From NCBI GenBank assembly GCA_051532035.1, contig JAOPTW010000019.1, positions 1 to 64,000 on the forward strand: a stretch of DNA of 64,000 nt. Reading direction: 5' to 3'. The position numbers and the translations under genes are program-made. Within the stretch, counting starts at the first letter, position 1. Each line of letters starts with the position of its first letter. Source of the DNA: Fibrobacterales bacterium (lineage in GTDB: Bacteria > Fibrobacterota > Fibrobacteria > Fibrobacterales > JAOPTW01). Below, in pieces: positions 9,705 to 20,169 of this stretch. The notes below the pieces were generated by a model that was not told the DNA's origin, searched no databases, and worked only from the letters and a program-made list of their open reading frames with translations.

Positions 9705-10142
9705 ATGCTTCATAATAAAATTATCGCAACAAAAGAGGCCATCGGGTCAATCCATTTTAATTCAGAGTGGGCAACACTTTCATGTGGTCGCACAACACTT
9801 AGATTTACTGAGATCGAGTTTGAACACCTTTCAAAGCTCGCCTCAACAGCACGCCTCAACATGACCAGTGAAAGCTACACTGATTCTCTGATCAGTAAAA
9901 GAGAAAACTTTGGCAAAATACTTCGTTTTAGTGATCAATGGTATAAATTCATCTTACTGAACACAAGTATAATGCTCTCAAAAGAGAAAGCGACACTCCT
10001 TTGTGAAATGATACTCGATGGATGGCACACATTACACCCCAACAGTTCTCTTGACAATCCTCCATTGAGTGTGTCCCTTGATGAGGACATTATTGAGTTA
10101 CTCGAGTTAATAGAGTATAGATGGGGAGATTCACTCACTTAA
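9705..10142 (+). CDS. Hypothetical protein with an apparent internal two-fold repeat
   Basis: AGGAG RBS; GSIHF..W..LRFT..F..L resembles GKILRF..W..IMLS..L. Confidence 0.55.
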   Translation: MLHNKIIATKEAIGSIHFNSEWATLSCGRTTLRFTEIEFEHLSKLASTARLNMTSESYTDSLISKRENFGKILRFSDQWYKFILLNTSIMLSKEKATLLCEMILDGWHTLHPNSSLDNPPLSVSLDEDIIELLELIEYRWGDSLT

Positions 10143-10219
10143 CCTCACTCAGTAGCTCAATTTTCCCTATAATCGATAACTTTACAACTCGATACTCATG
10201 GCAAAATTTCTCTTATTTA

Positions 10220-10233
10220 TTGATGTACATCAA
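10220..10233. promoter_or_regulatory. FNR/Crp-family box upstream of the transporter-pfl operon
   Basis: Perfect TTGAT-GTAC-ATCAA; candidate -10 TATCTT at 10256-10261, same geometry as at feoA. Confidence 0.72.
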
Positions 10234-10325
10234 CTACAGATTGAACCGAAAATAGTATCTTTGTGGCCAAGGTTATAAAGCCTTATATACCATGCAGACA
10301 ATCACTCAAGAAGAGAACAAAACCT

Positions 10326-11603
10326 ATGAACAAAACTAAAAACAGATGGCTCATTGCCCTCTCAGCAGTTGGAATACACATATCAATCGGATCAGTATAC
10401 GCCTATAGTGTTATGGTACTTCCATTAAGCCAACTCAACGGGTGGTCTAAAGCAGACATTAGTACTGCCTTCAGTATTGCTATTCTTTTTCTTGGACTCT
10501 CTGCTGCGTTTCTTGGAAGTTTTGTTGAAAAGAAAGGACCTCGTGTTTCGGGTATGGTTGCAGGTCTCTGTTATGCTCTCGGTACTGCAGGTGCAGGACT
10601 TGGAATTTACCTCAACTCACTTCCACTCTTTATCGCATCCTATGGAGCACTCGGTGGTATTGGACTTGGCCTAGGCTATATCACGCCAGTCTCAACTCTT
10701 GTTAAGTGGTTTCCCGATCGTCGCGGACTTGCAACAGGCATGGCTATCATGGGTTTTGGATTTGCCGCTATGATTTTTGGCCCTCTTATGACCTACCTCT
10801 TTTCAAGCATTGGTATTCCAACAACCTTCTGGGTTCTTGCTGTTGTGTATGGCGTTGTCATTATTGCGTCTGCCCAATACATTGCTCCTCCCCCTAAAGG
10901 ATGGACACCTGAAGGGTTTGACCCAGACAATACAGCATCTTGCAAACCTATTAAAAAAGATCTTGCACAACTGACTGCCCCCGAATCTCTTAAAACCAGA
11001 CGTTTCTACTACATGTGGGTTATGCTTTTTATCAACATTACCTGCGGCATTGCCCTTATCTCGGTAGCATCACCAATGGCACAAGACAGCATTGGCATGA
11101 CCGCAATGCAAGCCGCATCAATGGTTGGCCTCATGGGTCTCTTTAATGGGCTTGGCCGTATCGGCTGGGCAACACTCTCCGATAAAATTGGTCGTCCCTA
11201 CACCTACACTACCTTTTTTCTCATACAGATAGCAGCGTTTTTAGCGCTCCCTTATGCAACTACAGCACTTACATTTCAACTCATTATTTTCTTAATCATT
11301 AGTTGCTATGGCGGTGGGTTCTCATCGGTTCCTGCTTTTCTTGGCGACCTCTTTGGCACTAAACAGCTCAGTGCTATTCACGGATATATTCTTACAGCAT
11401 GGGCCGCCGCTGGACTTATAGGACCGACTATTGCATCGCAAGTACGTGAGATGACGGGGAGCTATGATCAGACACTTCAGATCTTCGTTGGGTTTTTCAT
11501 TGTAGCCTTTGCAGTATCCATTTTAATGAAAATGAATATCAAGAAAAAAGAGAAACAGATTTTGACAACCGACAAAGAAGTGGCAGAACTCTGCGACGTA
11601 TAA
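10326..11603 (+). CDS. MFS transporter, oxalate/formate antiporter (OFA)/monocarboxylate family
   Basis: NRWLIALSAVGIHISIGSVYA, KWFPDRRGLATG, FNGLGRIGW, CYGGGF; ATG at 10326 preferred to the track GTG at 10263. Confidence 0.88.
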   Translation: MNKTKNRWLIALSAVGIHISIGSVYAYSVMVLPLSQLNGWSKADISTAFSIAILFLGLSAAFLGSFVEKKGPRVSGMVAGLCYALGTAGAGLGIYLNSLPLFIASYGALGGIGLGLGYITPVSTLVKWFPDRRGLATGMAIMGFGFAAMIFGPLMTYLFSSIGIPTTFWVLAVVYGVVIIASAQYIAPPPKGWTPEGFDPDNTASCKPIKKDLAQLTAPESLKTRRFYYMWVMLFINITCGIALISVASPMAQDSIGMTAMQAASMVGLMGLFNGLGRIGWATLSDKIGRPYTYTTFFLIQIAAFLALPYATTALTFQLIIFLIISCYGGGFSSVPAFLGDLFGTKQLSAIHGYILTAWAAAGLIGPTIASQVREMTGSYDQTLQIFVGFFIVAFAVSILMKMNIKKKEKQILTTDKEVAELCDV

Positions 11604-11619
11604 TTAAGGGACTAACATT

Positions 11620-13857
11620 ATGAGTACACAAACAACACTTCCTCCATTTAAATCAGGCGTATGGAACGATACCATTGACGTCCGTGACTTTATTCAACAA
11701 AATTATACCCCCTATGATGGTGACGATAGTTTTTTAGTTTCTCCTACTGAGTCTACTAAAAAACTATGGGATCAAGTTTCAGTACTATTAGGTGAAGAGC
11801 AAAAGAAAGGGATCTTGGATGCAGACACCTCCATTATTTCATCAATAATCTCTCACCAAGCAGGATATATTGATCAATCTCTCGAAAAAATTGTGGGACT
11901 ACAAACCGACAAACCTCTCAAGCGTTCACTCATGCCCTATGGCGGTATTCGACTTGCTGCAGGCTCTCTCGAAGCCTATGGCTATAAGATTGACCCTTCT
12001 GTAGAAAAAATATTCTCGACCTACCGTAAGACACACAATGAAGGAGTTTTTGAAGCGTATGACGCTGAGATGCTCGCCATCAGAAAATCAGGTATTATTA
12101 CTGGGCTTCCCGATGCCTATGGCCGTGGTCGCATTATTGGTGATTATCGTCGTATAGCACTCTACGGTGTTGATGCACTTATTACAGAGAAAAAATCTGT
12201 TTCTAAAAATGAACTTTCAAAAGATTATGCCAACAGCGAATCAATACGTGAACGAGAAGAGTTTGCTGAGCAAGTTAAGGCATTAGTTGAACTCAAAGAG
12301 ATGGGCACTACCTATGGCTTTGATATTGGGCGCCCTGCAGAGAATGCAATCGAAGCAGTACAGTGGACTTATTTGGGCTATCTCGCGGCGATCAAAGAAC
12401 AAAATGGTGCGGCTATGTCTATTGGCCGTGTTTCAACATTTTTCGATATCTATTTTAAACGAGATATTGAAGCAGGACTCTTGACCGAAGATGATGCACA
12501 AGAGATTGTAGATCACTTTGTAATGAAACTTCGTATAGTTAAATTCCTCAGACCCCCCGCATACAATGAGCTTTTTTCAGGTGACCCAACATGGGTAACT
12601 GAAGCAATTGGAGGGGTGAGTGAAAGCGGAAAACATTTAGTAACAAAAACAAGTTACCGAATACTACACACACTCTATAACCTTGGCCCAGCACCAGAAC
12701 CCAACCTCACTGTTCTCTGGTCTAATAGCCTTCCACAACACTTCAAAGAGTTTTGTGCAAAGGTATCTATAGACACAAGCTCTATTCAATACGAAAGTGA
12801 TGACCTCATGCGCCCTTACTGGGGTGATGATTACGGCATTGCCTGTTGTGTATCTGCTATGCGTATCGGCAAACAAATGCAGTTTTTTGGCGCCCGCGCC
12901 AACCTTGCAAAAGCACTTCTCTACGCAATTAATGGCGGTAGAGATGAAGTCAGTGGCGCACAAGTCGGTCCTAAAATGGACCCTGTTACGAGTGACGTGC
13001 TCAACTTTGATGAAGTACGAGACAAACTTGATGTAATGCTCGATTGGTTAGCTGAGACTTATATTAAAACATTGAATGTCATACACTTTATGCACGACAA
13101 ATATGCCTATGAACGCCTGCAAATGGCACTCCATCAGCGTGAGGTACTCCGCACGATGGCGACAGGTATAGCAGGCCTTTCTGTTGCAGTAGACTCCCTC
13201 TCTGCAATTAAACATGCAACCGTTTCGGTTGTGAGAGATGAATCTGGTCTCGCTACTTCATTTAATATCGATGGTGAATATCCGGCATATGGAAACAATG
13301 ACGACCGTGTTGACTCTATTGCGGTTAAACTTGTGGAATCCTTCATGAGTAAACTCCGGTTACAAGAGACCTATCGTAACTCTGAGCCAACGCTCTCTGT
13401 CTTGACCATAACCTCTAATGTTGTGTATGGTAAAAAGACTGGTGACACACCAGATGGACGCAAAAAGGGTGAACCGTTTGCACCAGGTGCAAACCCAATG
13501 AATAATCGAGATACGAAAGGTGCTCTTGCTTCTCTCATGTCTGTGGCAAAGATTCCCTACAAAGATGCACAAGATGGCATTAGCTATACCTTTTCGATTA
13601 TTCCAAAAGCACTCGGTAAAGATGACACCTGTAAAGTAACCAACCTCGTTGGGCTTCTTGACGGATATTTCGCCCAAAATGGACACCATCTCAACGTAAA
13701 TGTATTTGAACGTGAGCTCCTTCTTGATGCGATGAAACACCCAGAAAAATATCCTCAATTAACCGTGCGAGTATCCGGATACGCTGTGAATTTTGTTAAA
13801 CTTAATGAAGAGCAACAGCTTGATGTAATCAACAGAACCTTTCACAATTTTTGTTAA
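11620..13857 (+). CDS. pflB: Pyruvate formate-lyase
   Basis: [31 protein letters not shown] active-site cysteines, RVSGYAV glycyl-radical motif. Confidence 0.98.
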   Translation: MSTQTTLPPFKSGVWNDTIDVRDFIQQNYTPYDGDDSFLVSPTESTKKLWDQVSVLLGEEQKKGILDADTSIISSIISHQAGYIDQSLEKIVGLQTDKPLKRSLMPYGGIRLAAGSLEAYGYKIDPSVEKIFSTYRKTHNEGVFEAYDAEMLAIRKSGIITGLPDAYGRGRIIGDYRRIALYGVDALITEKKSVSKNELSKDYANSESIREREEFAEQVKALVELKEMGTTYGFDIGRPAENAIEAVQWTYLGYLAAIKEQNGAAMSIGRVSTFFDIYFKRDIEAGLLTEDDAQEIVDHFVMKLRIVKFLRPPAYNELFSGDPTWVTEAIGGVSESGKHLVTKTSYRILHTLYNLGPAPEPNLTVLWSNSLPQHFKEFCAKVSIDTSSIQYESDDLMRPYWGDDYGIACCVSAMRIGKQMQFFGARANLAKALLYAINGGRDEVSGAQVGPKMDPVTSDVLNFDEVRDKLDVMLDWLAETYIKTLNVIHFMHDKYAYERLQMALHQREVLRTMATGIAGLSVAVDSLSAIKHATVSVVRDESGLATSFNIDGEYPAYGNNDDRVDSIAVKLVESFMSKLRLQETYRNSEPTLSVLTITSNVVYGKKTGDTPDGRKKGEPFAPGANPMNNRDTKGALASLMSVAKIPYKDAQDGISYTFSIIPKALGKDDTCKVTNLVGLLDGYFAQNGHHLNVNVFERELLLDAMKHPEKYPQLTVRVSGYAVNFVKLNEEQQLDVINRTFHNFC

Positions 13858-14586
13858 ATGGCTAACACCGGATATATTCATTCAGTAGAGACATTCGGCA
13901 CACTAGATGGGCCTGGCATTCGCTATGTCCTTTTTTTACAAGGGTGTCATCTTCGATGCCTCTACTGTCACAATCCCGACAGCCAAGAAATGAAAACAGG
14001 CTCACTCCTGACGACGGAATCGGCTTTCAACGAAATTATAAAATATAAAAGCTTCTATACAAACGGTGGCGTCACCTTTACAGGTGGAGAACCGCTCTTG
14101 CAAAGCTCCTTTATTATCGAATTAGCCACCATGCTTAAAAGAGCGGGAATTAATACTGCACTTGATACATCTGGATCACTGTGGGGAAACCGCGTTCGTG
14201 AAGCACTCGGTGCAGTCGATCTCGTATTACTCGACTGTAAAGGATATTCTTCAGAGCATTTTACTACTATGACTGAAGTGGAAAAAGGATATTACTTCTT
14301 TGAAACACTCGATCATCTCGAAGAGATTGGCAAAAAGAGCTGGGTACGTTTTGTCTTGGTCCCTGGATATACCGATGACCTAAAGGCAATTGAGGCTCTT
14401 GCCCAACGCCTGATGCACTATGCCTATATAGAATACGTAGAAATTCTCCCTTTTCACAATCTCGGTAAAGAAAAATGGGAGCAAATTGGAAGGCCTTGGC
14501 CATTAGAAGAGTGTTCTCTTCCGACTGTTGAACTTATGCAACAAGTACAAGAAATATTTATCAATAAAGGTCTGCGGCTTAAGTAG
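13858..14586 (+). CDS. pflA: PFL-activating enzyme (radical SAM)
   Basis: IHSVETFGTLDGPGIR, CHLRCLYCHNP, GGEP, LPFH. Confidence 0.96.
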   Translation: MANTGYIHSVETFGTLDGPGIRYVLFLQGCHLRCLYCHNPDSQEMKTGSLLTTESAFNEIIKYKSFYTNGGVTFTGGEPLLQSSFIIELATMLKRAGINTALDTSGSLWGNRVREALGAVDLVLLDCKGYSSEHFTTMTEVEKGYYFFETLDHLEEIGKKSWVRFVLVPGYTDDLKAIEALAQRLMHYAYIEYVEILPFHNLGKEKWEQIGRPWPLEECSLPTVELMQQVQEIFINKGLRLK

Positions 14587-14694
14587 TAAGGGTTCCATTT
14601 ATGAATATTAAAAAGATCAATAAAATAATGGTTTTTTTACGTGTTGTTGCACTCGCAGTTATCTGTATAATGATATATAATGCTCTCGATTATT

Positions 14695-15681
14695 TTAAAT
14701 AAGATATTTGCAAAGGGTTCTACCAAGCCCCTGCAGTAACTCAGAAGTCTCATTATCAAGTAGATGTTCTTGAGAATCACACCCAAGCATTATCACCCCT
14801 TTTTGAGTATTACCTATTGAGACGGGAATACCAAAGAGAACTGACACGCCAAGGGTCTCTAACTCTTTTTGATAGATGCCTGGCGCCCCGTCATGTATAA
14901 GCGTTGCAAACTGAATGTTATAAATATTTTTTAAAAAGGCACTTCTGCTTAAGTAAGTTTGATCCTCAAACCCATAATGCTTTGAGCGATCAAGCATCTC
15001 TTTTTTATTCTCAAAATCTCTAAAAAAACTGAATTTAAGATTAAGTTCTCTTGTGAGCGTATTCAACAATTTTTGAGTAAAAATATCAGGATCAGATTCC
15101 ACATAGAGAGAATTAATAATTCGCAACAAACCTGACTGATGCTGAATTCTTTTCTCATATCGTTCTTTTTGTATTTGACTCCAAATTGCAAGTGATGCAT
15201 GCCCCGAAAGAACATCAAGTAGTTCAAGAATACTATTCTCCAGCTCAGTCTCTTCTGGAACCCGAGCCTTAATGATATAACCACCAATACTTTCATCATG
15301 AGCAAAGAGCGGCACAACAAGTGACACCACTCCATGTTCATGAACTATCTGAGGAAACTGTACACCATCTTCTAAAATAGTGAGAAGGTAGTCGAGTTCA
15401 TTTTGATTTTCGGTGTCAATATCATTCTTTTCAAAAAGAAGAGTCAATTTATTTGCATCATCAAAGAGATAGACCCTGGCAGTGGTAATATCGAGAAAGG
15501 TCTCTGCAACACTATTGAGCACATAAGCGATCTCTTTAATATTTCGGGTGCTGTGAATTTTTTTTGAGAGATACTGTACTTTTAGATATTCATCGAGATT
15601 CTCTTTAAGTTTACCTAGCTCTTTATCATCTTTACGCCTGAAATTGGCATTGCGCCGTTCGGTATATGGTATATCTTTCAT
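14695..15681 (-). CDS. Tandem GAF-like domain protein with no output domain
   Basis: SLVVPL..IGG..LSGHASLAI and LFGIPV..GVIML GAF-like segments; overlaps the HDOD gene stop. Confidence 0.6.
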   Translation of the reverse strand: MKDIPYTERRNANFRRKDDKELGKLKENLDEYLKVQYLSKKIHSTRNIKEIAYVLNSVAETFLDITTARVYLFDDANKLTLLFEKNDIDTENQNELDYLLTILEDGVQFPQIVHEHGVVSLVVPLFAHDESIGGYIIKARVPEETELENSILELLDVLSGHASLAIWSQIQKERYEKRIQHQSGLLRIINSLYVESDPDIFTQKLLNTLTRELNLKFSFFRDFENKKEMLDRSKHYGFEDQTYLSRSAFLKNIYNIQFATLIHDGAPGIYQKELETLGVSVLFGIPVSIGNTQKGVIMLGCDSQEHLLDNETSELLQGLGRTLCKYLI

Positions 15682-16586
15682 TAGTTTATCAACTCCCCAA
15701 TAAATGACGATGAGCGTTCTATTTCTTCTAAAATTTCTTCTTTAAAAAATTCAAGATCAATCTCTTCGATACCGAGATTGATATCATGAGCAAAATCCCA
15801 AAACTGTTCTTCTACTTCAGGTGCTTTGTTATTACCACTACTCCCGAGCTCACACTGCTGACAAATAATATTTGCCAAATAAACGCTGGCAACAAGTTCT
15901 TTATGCATTGGGGCATGCCACGGGTGATGGTGGTGACGCATAATTTGCGATACAGCATCGGGAAGCTTCCATTTCTTTCCGAGCCAAAAACCGATCACTC
16001 CATGGTGTACACCAAAATAGCGTTGTTCTTCATCAAAGAGCAGCCGCCCACTCTCGGATGCTTTATCAAGAATCACATCAAAATCTTTTGACATATATTG
16101 CACCAACACAACTTTACCAAGATCGTGTAAAAGTCCACCTAAAAATGCTTCATTCGCCCCCGATGGGTAGAGCCGTTGTGCAATAATTTTTGCTGCCATT
16201 CCAACACTCGCCGAGTGCTCCCAAAAGCTAGAGAGATCAAATGAAGTTTCTGCTTTCGCTCTTTTAAAGTAGTTGAGTACTGATACGCTCAGAGTCACCT
16301 CTTTTACCGACTCAAAACCAAGAATCACAATCGCCATGTTGACTGTTGTCACTTCATGCTTCAATCCATAATAAGCTGAGTTACACATTTTCAGGAGTTT
16401 TGCAGTGAGTACTTGATCATCCGAGATAAGTTCACCGAGCATTTTTGCCGAGGTTTTTGGATTGTCAACCACCTCAATGAGTTTTGCGGCAATGGTCGGA
16501 AGTGTCGGAAGACTCAATATTGAGTTGGTCACCTTGCGTAAATGTTCCGCTTTTGCAAAGAGCTCTTGATGTGTCGGTTCACTCAT
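15681..16586 (-). CDS. HDOD domain signal-transduction protein
   Basis: LPTLP, LLKMCNSAYYG, FWEHS, LLHDLGK, WKLP, HHHP. Confidence 0.92.
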   Translation of the reverse strand: MSEPTHQELFAKAEHLRKVTNSILSLPTLPTIAAKLIEVVDNPKTSAKMLGELISDDQVLTAKLLKMCNSAYYGLKHEVTTVNMAIVILGFESVKEVTLSVSVLNYFKRAKAETSFDLSSFWEHSASVGMAAKIIAQRLYPSGANEAFLGGLLHDLGKVVLVQYMSKDFDVILDKASESGRLLFDEEQRYFGVHHGVIGFWLGKKWKLPDAVSQIMRHHHHPWHAPMHKELVASVYLANIICQQCELGSSGNNKAPEVEEQFWDFAHDINLGIEEIDLEFFKEEILEEIERSSSFIGELIN

Positions 16587-16903
16587 TATGCATACCCATC
16601 AAAAAAATTTCCACCCATATATTTTCGCGCTTTCTTTGACTTACTCTTATTGTTATCGGTTTTTTCACCATTACCTTCAGGAGTATGTCGCTTTTTCCCC
16701 TCTTCATTTTTAGGATCCATAGGGTCTTTCTCTTCCATCTCTTGAGCTTCTTGCATTTTCTGTTCTTCAGCCTCTCTTTGGGCTTTACGCGAAGCAAGTT
16801 CATCAGCAATCTGTTTAGATGCTTCATGAGATTTCATTTCGGAAGTCATTTGTGACCGGTCAGTATTGTCTTGATTCTGCATGGGATTGAGTGGAGTACT
16901 CAT
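16586..16903 (-). CDS. Hypothetical hydrophilic protein in the flagellar operon
   Basis: Overlaps fliA stop and HDOD start; charged low-complexity sequence ending GNFFDGYA. Confidence 0.6.
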   Translation of the reverse strand: MSTPLNPMQNQDNTDRSQMTSEMKSHEASKQIADELASRKAQREAEEQKMQEAQEMEEKDPMDPKNEEGKKRHTPEGNGEKTDNNKSKSKKARKYMGGNFFDGYA

Positions 16904-17664
16904 GCATTAATCCTGCTGACGAGGCGGCCCCTTAATTTGATCATTGCTTTTGAATGAATTTGTGAAACACGAGATTCAGTAATACCGAGTACCTGACCAA
17001 TCTCTTTTAGTGTCAGTTCTTCATAGTGATACAGAGCAACAACAAGTTTCTCTTTTTCAGGAAGAGTACCGATCGTGTCTTTTAAAATTCGCTTAACTTC
17101 TTGATAGCCCAACTGCTTCAATGGATCTGCACCATCAGGGTCTTCGATAGTATCAATAACAGAAAGTGATTTTGAATCACCACCTCTATCGGGAAGTGAA
17201 TCCTCTAAAGAGATGATTGTAGCCGGTGCAACTTCACTCAACATTCCTTCAAACTCACCCATAGAAACACCGAGCTCTGCAGCTACTTCATCATCATAGG
17301 GCATTCTACCAAACCTATGCTCAAGTTTAGCATATACATTCTGCAGTTTTTTAGATTTCTGACGAATTGAACGAGGAACCCAATCAAGAGCACGAAGCTC
17401 ATCAAGAATAGCTCCTCTAATCTTATGGGTTGCAAAGGTTTCGAATTTAAAACCGAGGCTGAGATCAAATGTTTCAACTGCTTTGATGAGCCCTACAATT
17501 CCAGAGCCGTAGAGATCACCGATCTCTACTGACTTGGGTAAATTAATCGCAATTCGTTGTGCGGTATATTTTACCAACGAAGTATACTCGGCCAGCAATT
17601 TATCTTTTGCGGTCTTTTTACCTTGCTCTTTATACTCTTTCCAAAGCGCGTCTAAATCCGGCAC
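16900..17664 (-). CDS. fliA: RNA polymerase sigma-28 factor
   Basis: IRGAILDELRALDWVPRS, EELTLKEIGQVLGITESRVSQIH. Confidence 0.96.
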   Translation of the reverse strand: MPDLDALWKEYKEQGKKTAKDKLLAEYTSLVKYTAQRIAINLPKSVEIGDLYGSGIVGLIKAVETFDLSLGFKFETFATHKIRGAILDELRALDWVPRSIRQKSKKLQNVYAKLEHRFGRMPYDDEVAAELGVSMGEFEGMLSEVAPATIISLEDSLPDRGGDSKSLSVIDTIEDPDGADPLKQLGYQEVKRILKDTIGTLPEKEKLVVALYHYEELTLKEIGQVLGITESRVSQIHSKAMIKLRGRLVSRINA

Positions 17665-17792
17665 ACAGTTCCTTTAACGTTTACCTGAAGGACAATTTTT
17701 ATCTCTTCGAGTAGATCTCTATAGTCTAATAAATACTTAATTATATCATACAATTCATTAATTTTGTATAACTAAATCAATTAAAACAGCTT

Positions 17793-18140
17793 TTAACTCT
17801 TATTTTTGAAATCTTCTTTACCTTTAAATTGTCTTTGCCACTGGCGCTCTTCAGGTGTATCTTGAGTCACATGAAAGGTCATCTCGCCTTCAAACCGATC
17901 AGCACTTTCACTCTTTGCAGAATGAATCATAGATTTAACCAAAGTATCAGATATAATTAAAAAAAGTATCCAAAAAACACCGCATACTACCAAAGATTTA
18001 GCTAAGTCAAAGAGTAAATCATTTATGGTGATTGTATCTCGAATAAAAAGAGAAATCCCCAAAACCCCCCAAAAGACAAGTATTACCAATGTTTTTGTAA
18101 TTGCACGGGTCAAGCCCTGACTATCCAATCTATTCTTCAT
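17793..18140 (-). CDS. Hypothetical two-TM membrane protein
   Basis: Two hydrophobic stretches; start overlaps the flhG stop. Confidence 0.6.
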   Translation of the reverse strand: MKNRLDSQGLTRAITKTLVILVFWGVLGISLFIRDTITINDLLFDLAKSLVVCGVFWILFLIISDTLVKSMIHSAKSESADRFEGEMTFHVTQDTPEERQWQRQFKGKEDFKNKS

Positions 18141-18949
18141 ACAAATACCTTTGATATTTGGCGTGAAACAGCGTTAACACCTTTAATATATTCACATTCG
18201 GGATAGAGCTTAATAACTGGCGTTTGTTGCAAAATCGCATTAGGAACCAGTGAATCAAAAGGGAGATACCCAAGATATTCCGGCCTAATCCCGAGAAACT
18301 GTTCAGATACTTGCGCTAAATTTTCATACACCTTTTGTGGATCTTCACCATCCATAACCGAGTTAACCACTACAGATACCTTCTGATAAGGGTTCCACTT
18401 TCGAATGGTTTTTAATGTTCCGTAAGCATCGGCCAAAGAAGTCAACTCTTTATTGAGTACCAACACTACAAGATCTACCGTAGTGGTAAATGCAATGGTC
18501 GGTTCACTCAATCCTGCACCAACATCAATCACCATACATTCGTACTCATTACCCAAGGTATGGAGGGAACGAATTATGCGCTGCATAGCATCACTTTGTA
18601 CCCAGTTGATAGAAGAGACTCCTGAAAAACCATGTATAAAATCGAGACCATAAATATTGTGTTCAATGATATCTGAAAAATCGAGTGACCCTTCGACAAA
18701 CATCCCCCAATGAGCCGAAGGAGTAACCCCCATCATAATATTGAGGTCGGCAAGCCCTGGATCCCCATCTAAAAGGAGGGTCTTGCTTTGTTTTGCAAGG
18801 GCTATTGCTAAGTTGAGAGAGAAGGTACTTTTGCCCACTCCCCCTTTACCACTCGCGATAGCAATTTTATAACAACTATCAGACAGAAATGAATCCCTGA
18901 GATCAATGAGTCCCTGAAAGTAGCCCATTTGTGTTTGCAATTTATCCAT
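18137..18949 (-). CDS. flhG: MinD-like flagellar number regulator FlhG/FleN
   Basis: ASGKGGVGKS, IDVGAG, TSLADAY; directly after flhF. Confidence 0.9.
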   Translation of the reverse strand: MDKLQTQMGYFQGLIDLRDSFLSDSCYKIAIASGKGGVGKSTFSLNLAIALAKQSKTLLLDGDPGLADLNIMMGVTPSAHWGMFVEGSLDFSDIIEHNIYGLDFIHGFSGVSSINWVQSDAMQRIIRSLHTLGNEYECMVIDVGAGLSEPTIAFTTTVDLVVLVLNKELTSLADAYGTLKTIRKWNPYQKVSVVVNSVMDGEDPQKVYENLAQVSEQFLGIRPEYLGYLPFDSLVPNAILQQTPVIKLYPECEYIKGVNAVSRQISKVFV

Positions 18950-20169
18950 TACATTCCTTCAAACATTATTTCAGAAAATGACTCTGCTTCTGCTATCATT
19001 ATATCATCAGGTATTTTTTGTCCAAAAGTTAAATACGAAACAGGAAGGCCATTTTTAATCATCACATTCACCAGAGATGCATGACTATTGGTCTCATCAA
19101 GTTTTGTAAAAAGTACTCGCGACACACCTAAAGATTTAAACGACTCAAAAATATGCTGCATGTCATCAACCTTTACATTTGCAGCCAACACAAGGTGAAT
19201 TTCATCAGGAACCGCTATATCAATTATTTGACGAAGCTCTTTAAGATGTTCACTACTTGACTGAGATCTTCCTGCCGAATCAATCAACACCACATCTTTA
19301 TCTTTAAAGTTATCTAGAGCCTTGTCAATATCACTCAATTCAAACACTGCCTCGAAATCAACACTTGATGCACTCGCAAGGGTACTCATCTGCTCAATCG
19401 CACCTATTCTATAGCAATCAGTTGAGATGATTCCCACCTCTTTGTTTCCTTGAAGAATCAACTGGCCCGCAAGCTTTGCAATCGTTGTCGTTTTGCCCAC
19501 TCCAGTAGATCCTACAAACATAACAATAGACGCTCTATTCTCTCTAAAAGTAATGGGGCCTGCAACAGGAAGTTTATCAGCAACGATTTTTTTACTACTG
19601 TGTCGTACAAATTTTTCACTGCGCTCATCAGGAGCGCTCGCTATTGTGAGGTCTGCTATTACTTCATTAATAAATTCAGGAAGTACTCCATTTTTGAGAA
19701 GTTCATCATAAATCAACTTAAAATCTTCGGGTACCGCTTTAATTACTTCACTTGAACGATTTAGAACACCTTTCTTTAAGTTTTGAATCTCACGCTTAAT
19801 CTCAGCAATCTCTTTATTTGGTTCAAGAACTACATCTCGAATTGATCCGATCTCTTGCTTAATTGCCTGCAACAAATCATTATGAGCCTGCTTGTCACCT
19901 TCACTATCAGCTTCAAGTACCGCTGTTCTAGTTTGACCAACAGAGCGAGGAGAGTAGGCCTGGGCCGGCATAGCATGTTCAACCACTTCTCCCGGCTTTA
20001 CAAATGCTTTTTCATCGAGAGCCGCGGTAATTTCAACCTCACTCTCTTTGCCCATGAGTCCTTTCTTTAAGTTTTCGGTCTTTAATATAACCGCCTGGGG
20101 ACCAAGCTCTTCCTTTACCCGTTCAAGGGCTTCACGTACTGTAGCAGCTCTAAACTTTTTCATTTTCAT
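18949..20169 (-). CDS. flhF: Flagellar SRP-type GTPase
   Basis: VKEELGPQAVIL, GSTGVGKTTT, DCYRIGA, DSAGRS, TKLDE. Confidence 0.95.
   Translation of the reverse strand: MKMKKFRAATVREALERVKEELGPQAVILKTENLKKGLMGKESEVEITAALDEKAFVKPGEVVEHAMPAQAYSPRSVGQTRTAVLEADSEGDKQAHNDLLQAIKQEIGSIRDVVLEPNKEIAEIKREIQNLKKGVLNRSSEVIKAVPEDFKLIYDELLKNGVLPEFINEVIADLTIASAPDERSEKFVRHSSKKIVADKLPVAGPITFRENRASIVMFVGSTGVGKTTTIAKLAGQLILQGNKEVGIISTDCYRIGAIEQMSTLASASSVDFEAVFELSDIDKALDNFKDKDVVLIDSAGRSQSSSEHLKELRQIIDIAVPDEIHLVLAANVKVDDMQHIFESFKSLGVSRVLFTKLDETNSHASLVNVMIKNGLPVSYLTFGQKIPDDIMIAEAESFSEIMFEGM

Noticed and set aside
14644..14681. Two TATAAT hexamers pointing antisense into the flagellar operon end
   Set aside because: No convincing correctly spaced -35; expected by chance in AT-rich DNA
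16579..16827. 82-aa basic ORF overlapping the 105-aa ORF
   Set aside because: Shadow frame; the 105-aa ORF fits both flanking overlaps
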